DNA of 64,000 nucleotides. It comes from an uncultured Acidimicrobiaceae bacterium (GTDB taxonomy: Bacteria > Actinomycetota > Acidimicrobiia > Acidimicrobiales > RAAP-2). The notes beneath the pieces were generated by a model. The model ran no database searches, was not told where the DNA came from, and worked only from the letters and a program-made list of their open reading frames with translations. The stretch covers positions 20,788 through 84,787 of the forward strand of contig CAVSLS010000057.1 in assembly GCA_963728845.1 (NCBI GenBank). The letters run 5' to 3'. Shown here piece by piece: positions 39,703-49,235 of the stretch (positions are counted from its first letter, which is position 1; each line of letters opens with the position of its first letter). The translations under genes and the position numbers were made by a program.

Positions 39703-40497
39703 CTAGCGAACGGTCGGGGGCTCGGGGCGCCGGTTGCGAAAGGTTTCCTGCCCTTGTCCGAGCGCCTCGACACTCATGGCGAGGTTCAAGAAGACGTTGC
39801 CGAGCTCGGTGACCTGACCGGCTCGGACGTCGCGAATGGCCCATATCGTCCGCAGGGAGGCCTGGACCGCGGCCGGGGGTTGCGCGGCGATCGTGGCGGC
39901 GACGCCGCGTGCCACAGCGGAGAGCTCGCCGGCCGGCACCACCTGCGTGACCATGCCCATCATCTCGGCCTTGCGGGCCGAGATCCGTTCGTGCGTGCCC
40001 ATCAGGGTCATCCGCATGAGATCCCCGAAGGGCATCCGCGACGCCATCAGAGCCGGCTCGAAGACAGCCGGCATGCCGTAGGTCACGTGGGGGTCGAAGA
40101 ACGTCGCGTTCTCCGAGGCGATGATGAAGTCCGACTCCCCGAGAAGGTAGAAGGCGCCACCGGCCGCCATCCCGTTCACTGCGGCGATGACCGGCTTCCA
40201 CAAACCCTGGCTGCGCGGGCCGATGTTCTTGCCGGGGTCCTCGTAGGTATACGGGTCGAAGTAGTACTCGGCCTCGGTGGTGGGCACCTCGCCCCGGTCG
40301 ATGCCCGTGCAGAAGGCCCGCTCGCCGGCTCCGGTCAGTACGACCGCCCGCACGGCGTCATTGCCTCGCAGGGACCGCCACACCTCCCTGAGCTCTCGCT
40401 GCATCGTCTCGTTGAAGGCGTTGTGCACCTCCGGACGATTCAGCGTCACCACGGCGACACCCTCCGATTCCTCGTACTCCAGCGTGTCGAGCTGCAT
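39703..40497 (-). CDS. enoyl-CoA hydratase/isomerase (crotonase)
   Basis: VAVVTLNRPEVHNAF .. VVLTGAGERAFCTGID oxyanion-hole motifs. Confidence 0.9.
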   Translation of the reverse strand: MQLDTLEYEESEGVAVVTLNRPEVHNAFNETMQRELREVWRSLRGNDAVRAVVLTGAGERAFCTGIDRGEVPTTEAEYYFDPYTYEDPGKNIGPRSQGLWKPVIAAVNGMAAGGAFYLLGESDFIIASENATFFDPHVTYGMPAVFEPALMASRMPFGDLMRMTLMGTHERISARKAEMMGMVTQVVPAGELSAVARGVAATIAAQPPAAVQASLRTIWAIRDVRAGQVTELGNVFLNLAMSVEALGQGQETFRNRRPEPPTVR

Positions 40498-40603
40498 GCG
40501 TCCTCCGTTTCACGCCGCCCCTGGTCGGCAACGATCGTGGCCACCGACGGGGGCAACGTGCCCTACCCGTCTGTCGGAGCCGGGCCTCATAGAGTGCCTC
40601 CCC

Positions 40604-42535
40604 ATGGCTGATCCCCGCAACGACCGGGCCACCTCCGTGTGGCACCTGTTGATCGGCCGGCCGCGGTCGGCGCGGGGCACGGGCAAGGAACGGATCACTC
40701 CGGTCGAGGGACTCTCCGCGCTCTCGCTTGACGCCCTCACGTCGGTGGCCTACGGGCCCGAGGCCATCATCCTCGTGCTGGCGGTGGCCGGCGCGGGCGC
40801 CCTGCACCTCGTCCTGCCCATCACGATCGCCATCGTCGTCCTCCTGGCCATCCTCGTCTTCTCCTACCGCCAGGTCATCGACGCCTACCCGATGGGCGGC
40901 GGGGCCTACGCCGTCTCCCGCGCCAACCTCGGGACGCACACCAGCCTCGTCGCCGCCGCGGCGCTGGTCGTCGACTACACGCTCACCGTCGCCGTCTCCA
41001 TTGCCGCCGGCGTCGCCTCGCTGCAGTCCGCCTTCCCCTCCCTCGACGGGGCCACCATCCCGCTCTGCCTGGGGATCCTCCTCTTCATCACCCTGCTCAA
41101 CCTCCGCGGCCTGGGAGAGACGGCACGGGCCTTCCTGCTGCCCACGATGGTCTTCATCGTCGGGCTGCTCGCCATCATCGCGGTCGGTCTCATTCACCCC
41201 CTCGGCCTGAACGAAGCGCCCCTCGGCACGTCGCAACTCCCCACGACCGGTCTCAAGGCGGTCACGTTCCTCCTCGTCCTCAAGGCCTTCTCCGCCGGGT
41301 GCAGCGCCCTGACCGGCGTCGAGGCCATCGCCAACGGTGTCCCGCTGTTCCGCGAACCCCGGACGGTCCGGGCCAAACGCACCGAGATGCTGCTCGGCCT
41401 CATCCTCGGCGCCATGCTGCTCGGACTGGCCGTCCTCGCCAAGCGCTGGCAGATCGGGCCCCGTAGCGGCCAGACCGTGCTGAGCCAGATCATGGCGATG
41501 TCGGTCGGGCGGGGGTGGGCCTACTACATCGTGTCGATCACCATCACCATCGTGCTGGCGCTCGCGGCCAACACGTCCTTCGGCGGACTCCCCGTGCTGG
41601 CCAGCCTGGTGGCGCGGGACAACTACCTGCCCCACCTCTTCACCATGCGGGGCGACCGCCAGACCTTCGCCAACGGCATCGTGGTGCTCGCCCTCCTGGC
41701 GGGAGCGCTCCTGGTCGCGGTGGGGGGCAACACGAACACCCTGATCCCTCTCTTCGCCATCGGGGTGTTCATCGGCTTCACGCTGTCGCAGACCGGACTC
41801 GTGGTGCACTGGCGCAAGACCCGGCCGCCGGGTTGGCGGCGCCGCGCCGTCATCAACGGGGTGGGCGCGTGCATCACCGCCATCGCCACCATCGTCTTCT
41901 TGGTCTCGAAGTTCACCGAGGGGGCCTGGGTGGTCGTGATCGCCATCCCGGCCTTCATCGTCCTCTTCCTCCGCATCCACGCCTACTACGACCGCGCCGG
42001 CAGGGCGCTGGCGATCGACAAGACGCCGCCAAAGCCCGAACCCAAGCACACGATCGTCATCGTGCCGGTCAACCGCGTCTCACTCCTCACCGAGCACGCC
42101 CTGTGCGAGGCGGCGTCCTTGGGGCAGGAGGTGATCGCGGTGACGGTCGTCCTGCGCGGTGGCGACGACGCCGCGCACGACGCCGAGAGGCTCCGGCGCC
42201 AGTGGCGGAGGTGGGATCCGGGCCTGCCCCTGAAGGTGCTCCACACCGACTACGCGTCCGTGGTCCAGCCGATCGTCGCCTTCATCGACGAGATCCGCGA
42301 CGAGCACCCCGACGATCAGCTCGTCGTGCTCATCCCCGTCATCCGGCCCGACAAGTGGCGCTACCGGATCCTGCACAACCAGCTCGACCTCGTGCTCTCG
42401 AGCGCACTCCGCTGCCGCTTCGACGTCATCGTCGCCCGGGTCACCATGCCGATCCACCTCGCCGGGCACCACGACGACCCACCGGAGGCGTCGACCGAGC
42501 CGCGCCTGCAGCCGTCGCCCCCTCCCGCCCGGTGA
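40604..42535 (+). CDS. APC-superfamily amino acid/polyamine permease with a cytoplasmic C-terminal domain
   Basis: ATG at 40604. About 12 hydrophobic segments followed by an about 200-aa soluble tail. Confidence 0.8.
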   Translation: MADPRNDRATSVWHLLIGRPRSARGTGKERITPVEGLSALSLDALTSVAYGPEAIILVLAVAGAGALHLVLPITIAIVVLLAILVFSYRQVIDAYPMGGGAYAVSRANLGTHTSLVAAAALVVDYTLTVAVSIAAGVASLQSAFPSLDGATIPLCLGILLFITLLNLRGLGETARAFLLPTMVFIVGLLAIIAVGLIHPLGLNEAPLGTSQLPTTGLKAVTFLLVLKAFSAGCSALTGVEAIANGVPLFREPRTVRAKRTEMLLGLILGAMLLGLAVLAKRWQIGPRSGQTVLSQIMAMSVGRGWAYYIVSITITIVLALAANTSFGGLPVLASLVARDNYLPHLFTMRGDRQTFANGIVVLALLAGALLVAVGGNTNTLIPLFAIGVFIGFTLSQTGLVVHWRKTRPPGWRRRAVINGVGACITAIATIVFLVSKFTEGAWVVVIAIPAFIVLFLRIHAYYDRAGRALAIDKTPPKPEPKHTIVIVPVNRVSLLTEHALCEAASLGQEVIAVTVVLRGGDDAAHDAERLRRQWRRWDPGLPLKVLHTDYASVVQPIVAFIDEIRDEHPDDQLVVLIPVIRPDKWRYRILHNQLDLVLSSALRCRFDVIVARVTMPIHLAGHHDDPPEASTEPRLQPSPPPAR

Positions 42536-42583
42536 TCGCCGTCACCGACGCCGGTCAGCTCGTTGCCCGGCTGCGTCCTGTGC

Positions 42584-43375
42584 TCAACGACCCTTCCAGA
42601 CCGGATCGCGCTTCTCGATGAAGGCCGTCGCACCCTCCTTGGCATCCTCGCTGCCGAAGACCTTCGGCTGCCACTCGGCGGCGAGCGCGCGTGCCCTCTC
42701 GAGGTCGGTCGATGCGGTACGCACGAGCTCCTTGGTGGCCCGCAAGGCGAGCGGCCCGTTGCGCGCGATGCGCTCGGCCAGTGCCACCGCAGCGTCGAGC
42801 ACCTCGCTCGGCGGCACGACCTGGTTGATCAGCCCCAGCGAGAGGGCGCGCCCGGCGTCAATGGGATCACCCGTCAACGTCAGCTCCAGGGCAACGGCCA
42901 GCGGGATGCGCGTGCTGACGAACACGCCGCCCCCCGCGGCAAAGAGCCCCCGCTTCACCTCGGGCACACCGAACGAGGCGGCCTCCGACGCCACGACGAC
43001 GTCGCACCCGAGCAGCAGCTCGAATCCCCCGGCCACCGCCGTCGCGTTGGCCGCGCCGACGATCGGAACTCCGATGTCCCCTTGCGTGAAACGAGTGAAG
43101 CCCTTCATGCCCTCGGGGTCGCCGCCCAGTGCGCCGCCCTCGGCGAACGCGCGCAGGTCCATGCCGGCGCAGAACGCCTTCTCGCCTGTACCCGTCAGCA
43201 CGACAGCCCGGACATCGGGGTCGTCCTCTGCCTCCAGCATGCCGAGACCGATGGCCGTGAGCAGCTCGGGGTTCAGCGCATTGCGCGCCGCGGGACGGTT
43301 GAGCCGCAAGACGGCCACCGCCCCGCGCCGCTCCTTCACGAGGACCGGCTCGGGCTTCTCCTCCGTGTCGCTCAT
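42584..43375 (-). CDS. enoyl-CoA hydratase/isomerase
   Basis: ATG at 43375 with GAGGAAGG upstream. LRLNRPAARNAL .. VVLTGTGEKAFCAGMDL. Confidence 0.9.
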   Translation of the reverse strand: MSDTEEKPEPVLVKERRGAVAVLRLNRPAARNALNPELLTAIGLGMLEAEDDPDVRAVVLTGTGEKAFCAGMDLRAFAEGGALGGDPEGMKGFTRFTQGDIGVPIVGAANATAVAGGFELLLGCDVVVASEAASFGVPEVKRGLFAAGGGVFVSTRIPLAVALELTLTGDPIDAGRALSLGLINQVVPPSEVLDAAVALAERIARNGPLALRATKELVRTASTDLERARALAAEWQPKVFGSEDAKEGATAFIEKRDPVWKGR

Positions 43376-43505
43376 CAGGCCACGACCTTCCTCTCTCACG
43401 CGTCTCTCGTCATCGCAATGTAGGGCATGGCTGCACATGCCCGCCGGGAGCATGCGCCATCCGCTCCAGCGATAGGTTGGTCCGACGAGGACGAACGAGG
43501 AGCGC

Positions 43506-44348
43506 ATGGCAGACGTCGGAGCAACCTCGGCGGCATCGGCCGCCGGCCAAGAGCCCGTGATCCTCGTCGATGTCACGGACCAGATCGGCACCATCACGCT
43601 GAACCGGCCGGCCCGGCGCAACGCGTTGAACGGCGAGCTGATCGCCGCCCTCGACGACGCCGTCCGCCGGATGGCCGAGGACCCCGACGCCAAGGTGGTC
43701 GTCCTCACCGGAACCGCACCCGGCGGCGGTCACGGTGGCTTCTGCTCAGGCGGTGACATCAAGTCCACCGTCGGCCGCGGCGAAGCCGGCAGCGAGAAGG
43801 CCGTCCCCGCTGACGCGTTGGCGGGTGACCTGTCCCGCCACGACCTGCACGCAGCCATGCTCTTGCACCTCATGCCCAAGCCGACGATCGCCATGGTGGG
43901 CGGGCCGGCCGTCGGGGCCGGGTGCAGCCTCGCCGCTGCCTGCGACCTGCGCTTCGCCTCCGAGGAGGCCGTGTTCGCCACGAACTTCACGCCCAACGGA
44001 TTGTCGGGCGACTACGGGGGTTCGTTCTTCTGGACGCGCATCGGCGGGACGGCACTGGCCCGCCGCCTCTACTTCTTGAACGAGAGGATCTCGGCCGCCC
44101 GGGCCATGGAGCTCGGCATGGTCCACGCCGTCCTCCCGCCGCACGAGCTGCGTGCCCACACCTACGAGATCGCCAACGAACTGGCCCGCACGCCCGCCGC
44201 GCTGCTGGCGCTCGTCAAGGACAACCTCACCGCCGCCGAGGACGAGGTGGAGCGACGGCGCTGGCTCTTCGCCCACGAGGCCGAGAACCAGCGCAGTTCG
44301 AGCAAGGCCGTGCCCAAAGAACGGAAATCGGCTCCGCCGAAGAGCTGA
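43506..44348 (+). CDS. enoyl-CoA hydratase/isomerase family protein
   Basis: ITLNRPARRNALN .. VVLTGTAPGGGHGGFCSGGD. Confidence 0.85.
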   Translation: MADVGATSAASAAGQEPVILVDVTDQIGTITLNRPARRNALNGELIAALDDAVRRMAEDPDAKVVVLTGTAPGGGHGGFCSGGDIKSTVGRGEAGSEKAVPADALAGDLSRHDLHAAMLLHLMPKPTIAMVGGPAVGAGCSLAAACDLRFASEEAVFATNFTPNGLSGDYGGSFFWTRIGGTALARRLYFLNERISAARAMELGMVHAVLPPHELRAHTYEIANELARTPAALLALVKDNLTAAEDEVERRRWLFAHEAENQRSSSKAVPKERKSAPPKS

Positions 44349-44664
44349 CGCCGCGTCCCGCGGGACCAGGGCGCCCGATCCTGCGCCGCGCGGCCGGCTA
44401 CTTGCCCGTGTGGGTGACGGTGCTGACCTGCCCCGGCGCGGCAGCGTTCGAGTGCAGAGCCCCGCTGGCTGAGGCCAGCGGCCCGCTCCACACGGCGATC
44501 GTGGCCGCAACGGAGCACAAGATGCCGGCGGCGATCGCTCTACCCCTGTGGTTCCGCATGGGCCCAGTGTTGCAGCGAGATATGTGGAACAGGCCAGGGG
44601 AAGATAAGAAGACTCGAAGAGTCGGGTTGCGGCTCGAGAGTGTGCGGCCGGGACTGACGGGCGA

Positions 44665-46105
44665 TCAGCTCATCTGGCCGCCGCCGGCCTGGAGGTGGCG
44701 GCGCATCCGGTGGCGCGCCCGCTCCCGGTCGCCCGACGCAATGGCGGTGGCGATGCCCTCGTGCGCGCGGAGGACCTCTACGCTGACCCGAGGGGGGTCC
44801 TTCGGGGCCGGGCGCTCCAGCTGGTGCAGAGGGCTCAAGCGGATCAGCACGAGGGCGACCAGGTCCAGGGCCCGGTTGTGGGCGGTCGCCGCGACGGCCG
44901 CGATGCAGGTCGTGGACCGACTCGACCCCCGCGGCCCACGCGGCATCGGTGCCGCTCTGTTCGCGCACCAGCGCACGGCGCAGGAGCTCGGCGCCTTCGG
45001 CATCGATGCGCTGCGCGGCGAGGCCTGCGGTCGCGACCTCGACACCGGTCCGCAGCTCGGCCAGCTCGGACAGCTGCATCCCGTGGCGGGCCAGGTAGAT
45101 GGCCGCCGTCTCGGTCACGGCGTCGGCGCTCGGAGCCATGACGAAGAGGCCACCGCCAGGCCCGCGGCGCATGCGGGCAATGTGGTGGTGTTCGAGGAGC
45201 CGGACCGCCTCGCGCAAGAGCGCGCGGCTCACACCCGCGCGCGCGATCAGCTCGGACTCCGTCCCCACCAGGTCCCCCGGTTGGAGGTTCTCGGTCACCA
45301 CGGTCCGGGTGATGCGTCGTGCGACCGCTCCAGCCCCCTTGCCCAGGGCCGAATCGGCCAGGAGCACCGAGACCGGGAGCACCTGGCTCGTGGAGCGGCG
45401 TTGGCGGAAGACGCCGACCTCCGCCTGGAGGTGCCTTCGCATGCGAGTGCGGGCCAGTCTCGGGTCGCCGGCCATCACGGCCTCCGCGATCCCGGCGTGG
45501 GCGTGTTCCGTCTCACGGCTGGGGGCCCGGCCCGCCCTCGCCCGCTCCGACGAGAAGAGAAGCGCCACCTCGTTGAAGACGTCGACGAACAACTCGAGGC
45601 CCGCATTCCGGCTGATGGAGGCCACCAGGGCGTGCAGGTCGGGGGGATCGCTGCGTGGCTCGACCGGTTTGTGATCGGCGACCTGCCCGAGCTCGGCCAG
45701 ATCGGCCTCGTCGGTCCGCTCGGCCGCCAGCGCGCAGGCCATCTCCTCCAAGATGATGCGGGTCTCGCAGATCTCGTCCAGCGTGGCGCCGACCCGGCGG
45801 AGATAGAGGACCACCGCGTCGCTGACCGCGCCGACCGTGGGCTCGGCGACGACGAGGCCGCCGCCTGGACCGCGGCGGGTGCGGGCGACCCCCTGATGCT
45901 CCACGAGCCGGACCGCCTCGCGGAAGACGGCGCGGCTGACGCGGTAGCGCACGAGCAGGTCCGCCTCGGAGCCGAGCACCTCGCCCACCGGCCAACCCAG
46001 TGTCAGCACGTCTTCGACGATGAGGTCCGCAACCTTCGCCGCCCGCTTGGCGTGCAGCTCGGCGCCCGGGCGCGACACGACGTGCGCGGCCGACGACGTC
46101 GTCAT
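44665..46105 (-). pseudogene. single-chain tandem GntR/FadR-type regulator (two HTH+FCD modules) with a frame change in the second FCD domain
   Basis: Module 1: ..LGSEADLLVRYRVSRAVFREAVRLVEHQGVARTRRGPGGGLVV. Module 2: ..VGTESELIARAGVSRALLREAVRLLEHHHIARMRRGPGGGLFV. The frame reads ..ESVHDLH, then a Pro/Gly/Arg tail. The continuation AAVAATAHNRALDLV..HEGIATAIASGDRERARHRMRRHL is in a second frame ending at 44665. The junction is near 44898..44905. Confidence 0.8.
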
Positions 46106-46184
46106 CCGTCGAGCCTATCCGGGACGAACAGATTCATAGCCCCCCTGAGCTGCGCCTTCGCCAATAGAGTGGTCCGAAAGGTGC

Positions 46185-46194
46185 GGTGCGCACC
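46185..46194. promoter_or_regulatory. perfect 10-bp palindrome in the GntR/DUF2889 divergent spacer (candidate operator)
   Basis: GGTGCGCACC is its own reverse complement and contains the GT..AC core favoured by GntR-family proteins. Confidence 0.25.
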
Positions 46195-46242
46195 CGCAGC
46201 GGCGTACCATGAAAACATGATTTGCGAAGCGGGTACCCCGCC

Positions 46243-47235
46243 ATGGCGTCGCTGAGTCCCCCTCCCTCGGACCCCGCCGCCAAGCCCCCGCAGCGCCGCC
46301 CCGGCTCCGTCCGGCGCACCTCGACCGTGCTCATGTCCTGGCCCGACGGCCTGGGCACCGACCTCCACCTCGAGGGACGGGCACGCGACCTCCTGACGCC
46401 TCGGTCCGGGGCGGCCGTGGTCGTCAACCATGCGGAACTCGACGCGGTGACCGGCCGTTCCCGCGACATCCAGCGGCTCGCCGCGGATCCCCCCGCAGAG
46501 GGCCTGGAACGCCTCGTCGGGCGTCACGCCGGCGGCGGGCTGCGCTCGGCCATCGCCGAGGAGCTGCCGGGCGAGGTCGCCGGCGGCACACCCCTGCACC
46601 TCCTCCTCGACGACCTGGCCGGCGCCACGCTCATCTCCGGCTTCGTCTTCGTCCGCTGGATGGACCAGATCCCCGAGATGCGCGAGCGGTTGGCCAAGGT
46701 CCCGGGGCGGAGCATGGTCGACATCTGTGCGGGCTTCCGCGCCGGCTCGAGCGCGCTGGCGAGCGACGGCTCCATCGTCCACCGCCAGAACACGGCCCGC
46801 GCGGGCCCGCTGGGCGATCCGGCCGACCCCGTCGGGTGGCACGAGCTGGACGACCCGGCGCCGCCGGCTATGCGGCGCGCCCGTCGCATCGACGTGTGGG
46901 GCGACGGCGACGTCCTGGAGATCGACGCCATGTTCCGCGACAGCTCCTGGGACCCCGACGGCGGGGAGATCGTCGTCCACGAGTACCAGATCCTCGGGCA
47001 GGCGGACCGGGCGTCGGGCGTGCTGCGCTGGGTCACGGCGGTGCCCCGCGTGCTCCCCTACGCCGAGTGCCCGGGAGCGGCGCCCAACGCATCGTGGTTG
47101 GCGGGCACCGAGCTGCGGGCCATGCGCACCGAGGTGCTGGAGCGGCTGCGGGCCACCGACTGTTGCACGCACCTCAACGACGGGCTGCGCTCGCTGGCCG
47201 AGGTGCCCGTGCTCGCCGAGTCGCTGCCCGACTAG
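46243..47235 (+). CDS. DUF2889-like protein
   Basis: About 330 aa. Blocks RRTSTV..., GGTPLHLLLDDL, ECPGAAPNA and CTHLND resemble DUF2889. Divergent from the GntR regulator gene. Confidence 0.6.
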   Translation: MASLSPPPSDPAAKPPQRRPGSVRRTSTVLMSWPDGLGTDLHLEGRARDLLTPRSGAAVVVNHAELDAVTGRSRDIQRLAADPPAEGLERLVGRHAGGGLRSAIAEELPGEVAGGTPLHLLLDDLAGATLISGFVFVRWMDQIPEMRERLAKVPGRSMVDICAGFRAGSSALASDGSIVHRQNTARAGPLGDPADPVGWHELDDPAPPAMRRARRIDVWGDGDVLEIDAMFRDSSWDPDGGEIVVHEYQILGQADRASGVLRWVTAVPRVLPYAECPGAAPNASWLAGTELRAMRTEVLERLRATDCCTHLNDGLRSLAEVPVLAESLPD

Positions 47236-47271
47236 CCGGTTCGCCCAGGGGTCACGCAGGGAGGGAACACG

Positions 47272-47940
47272 ATGACCGAGACAGGCAAGGCCGAGACCGC
47301 CGGCAGCGGCATCAGGCTCCCGACCCGGGCCGGGCGGCCTCGGCGTTACGAGTCCGGGGACGAGCTGCGCATCCTGCTCGATGCGGCGCTCGTCGTCATG
47401 GAGCGCAATGGCTACGCCGATGCGTCGGTGGCCGACATCTTGTGCGAGGCCGACCTCTCGACCCGCTCGTTCTACCGGCACTTCGGGTCCAAGGACCAGC
47501 TGCTGTGCGCGCTGTTCCGCCGGGAAGCCGAAGCGGCGACGGCGCGGCTGCGGGCCAAGGTGGCCGCCGCCAGTGACCCGTTGTCCGCGCTCCACGCCTG
47601 GATCGACGAGATCCTCAGCTTCGGCCATCACCGCACGAAGGCCGCTCGGGCCACGGTGCTCGGCTCTCCCGGCGCCATGAAGGCGGAGGGCTACGCGGAC
47701 GAGATGCGCCGCGCCGCCGCTCTGGTGATGGCACCGCTCGTGACCCTGCTCGCCGACGGTGCCGTGGACGGCTCGTTCCCCCTGGCCGATCCCGCGGCGG
47801 ACGCGCCGCTGATTCAATCGGTGGCCTGGGCCGCCGCCGGGCTCAACCCGACGCGGCAGGCAGCAACGGCGCAGGCGCAGGCGACGCGCCAGGTGCGCTC
47901 GTTCTGCGAGCGCGCGTTGGGGGCGGACCCGCAGCGCTGA
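47272..47940 (+). CDS. TetR-family transcriptional regulator
   Basis: GGGAGGGA SD. HTH region LLDAALVVMERNGYADASVADILCEADLSTRSFYRHF. Confidence 0.85.
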   Translation: MTETGKAETAGSGIRLPTRAGRPRRYESGDELRILLDAALVVMERNGYADASVADILCEADLSTRSFYRHFGSKDQLLCALFRREAEAATARLRAKVAAASDPLSALHAWIDEILSFGHHRTKAARATVLGSPGAMKAEGYADEMRRAAALVMAPLVTLLADGAVDGSFPLADPAADAPLIQSVAWAAAGLNPTRQAATAQAQATRQVRSFCERALGADPQR

Positions 47941-47967
47941 CGCTGGGGGGTCGGCCATAGGCGCCGC

Positions 47968-49053
47968 TCACGCGGAGGCGGACCGGTCCGTGAGCGACCA
48001 CAACGCCGGCTCGCCGTCCTCCACCTGCACCACGCCCTCGATCTCGAGCGCGCGGAGATGTGAGACCGTTTCGCCGACGGCGGCGCGACGCATGAAGCCC
48101 GCGATGTCGTCCCACGAGCGGGACCACTTCATGTGCGACGCGATGTCCCAGGCCGTGTGCGGCCCCTCACGAAGCATGGCGATGATCTCGGCGAAGCGGT
48201 CCCGGTGGTGCTGTCGCAGCTCCTGGAGCCGAGCCCGCAGGTCGTCGAAGCGGTACTCGTGCGCCGGCAGCACCTCGCGCACCTCGTAGGGTTCGAGCTT
48301 GTCGAGCGACGCCAGATAGTCGCCCAGTGGATTCGCCCCGGCCTGGGGGTGGAACGGAATGTTCGGTGTGATGCGGGGCAGCACGTGGTCGCCCGAGAGC
48401 ATCAGCGACTGGCTCGACTCGTAGAAGCACAGATGCCCGGGCGAGTGGCCCGGCGTCCAGATGGCGGTGAGGTCCCAGCCCGGAACCTCGGGGCGTGCCC
48501 CGTCCTCGAGGAGCACGTCGGGGAGGACGGGGTCGACCAACGGCAGGACCGGCATGGCGGCGTTGCGCAGGGGTTCGAGCTCCTCAGCCGGTGCCCCCAT
48601 CCGGCGCAGCGCGGCCGCCACCCGGTTGAGCAGGTCCTCGGGCTCGTCGTAGCGGTCGTGGATCAGCTCGGCGTCGGCGGGGTGCAGGGAGATCCAGGCG
48701 CCCGAGGCCTCACGGATCCGGCCGGCCAACCCGTAGTGATCCGGGTGGATGTGGGTCACCAGCACACCCTGGACGTCGCCGATGGCGCAGCCGACCTCCT
48801 CCATGCCGCTCCGCAGCGCGCCGAAGGCGTCGTCGGTATTCCACCCGGCGTCGATCAGGTAGGGGCCGCGGTCCGTCTCGAAGAGGTACACGAGCACGTA
48901 GCGCAGCGAGTTGTTGGGGAGGGGCACCGGAATGCTCCAGAGCCCCGGCCTCACCTTCTCGACCCCGGGGAAGGGGTCGTTGGCCGCCTCAGCCCCCCGG
49001 GCGCGTTGCGCGTGGGGCGGGGCCTGATGTTCGTGGCGCGACGTCGAGGTCAT
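47968..49053 (-). CDS. MBL-fold metallo-hydrolase with a C-terminal winged-helix-like tail
   Basis: THIHPDHYG (HxHxDH) motif and later TPGHSPGH. Confidence 0.85.
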   Translation of the reverse strand: MTSTSRHEHQAPPHAQRARGAEAANDPFPGVEKVRPGLWSIPVPLPNNSLRYVLVYLFETDRGPYLIDAGWNTDDAFGALRSGMEEVGCAIGDVQGVLVTHIHPDHYGLAGRIREASGAWISLHPADAELIHDRYDEPEDLLNRVAAALRRMGAPAEELEPLRNAAMPVLPLVDPVLPDVLLEDGARPEVPGWDLTAIWTPGHSPGHLCFYESSQSLMLSGDHVLPRITPNIPFHPQAGANPLGDYLASLDKLEPYEVREVLPAHEYRFDDLRARLQELRQHHRDRFAEIIAMLREGPHTAWDIASHMKWSRSWDDIAGFMRRAAVGETVSHLRALEIEGVVQVEDGEPALWSLTDRSASA

Positions 49054-49174
49054 GGCTGTCCTTGCGGCTCGCGCCGGAGCCCCGGTCCACGCTCGGCAAT
49101 ACGGTTCCGCATGATCTCGGTCGGTCCTCCTGCGATGGTGTGGGCCCGAGCGTAAAGGACGGCGTCCCGCCGGC
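49050..49174 (-). pseudogene. relic of the C-terminal about 40 residues of an acyl-CoA dehydrogenase
   Basis: Minus-strand translation RRRDAVLYARAHTIAGGPTEIMRNRIAERGPGLRREPQGQP-stop resembles the ACAD C-terminus (compare MSIAGGTSEIKRNQIGERILGLPRDP at 39 kb). Its TGA overlaps the MBL ATG (ATGA). An in-frame stop lies just upstream, and no ACAD body is present. Confidence 0.5.
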
Positions 49175-49235
49175 GCCCATTGTCGTCTCGTCGCACCTGC
49201 CGCAAAGAGGACACTTTACTCAGCGGTCGAGGCGC

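Noticed and set aside
43922-46255. 777-aa plus-strand ORF, plus other long shadow ORFs (46102..47958 minus, 34233..36158 minus, 53605..55347 plus, 55240..56862 minus, 40358..42049 minus, 12414..14315 minus, 11128..12942 minus, 57875..59857 in its distal part)
   Set aside because: All are antisense or out of frame relative to genes with clear family motifs. All have Arg/Pro/Gly-dominated composition and no motifs, so I treat them as GC-driven artefacts.
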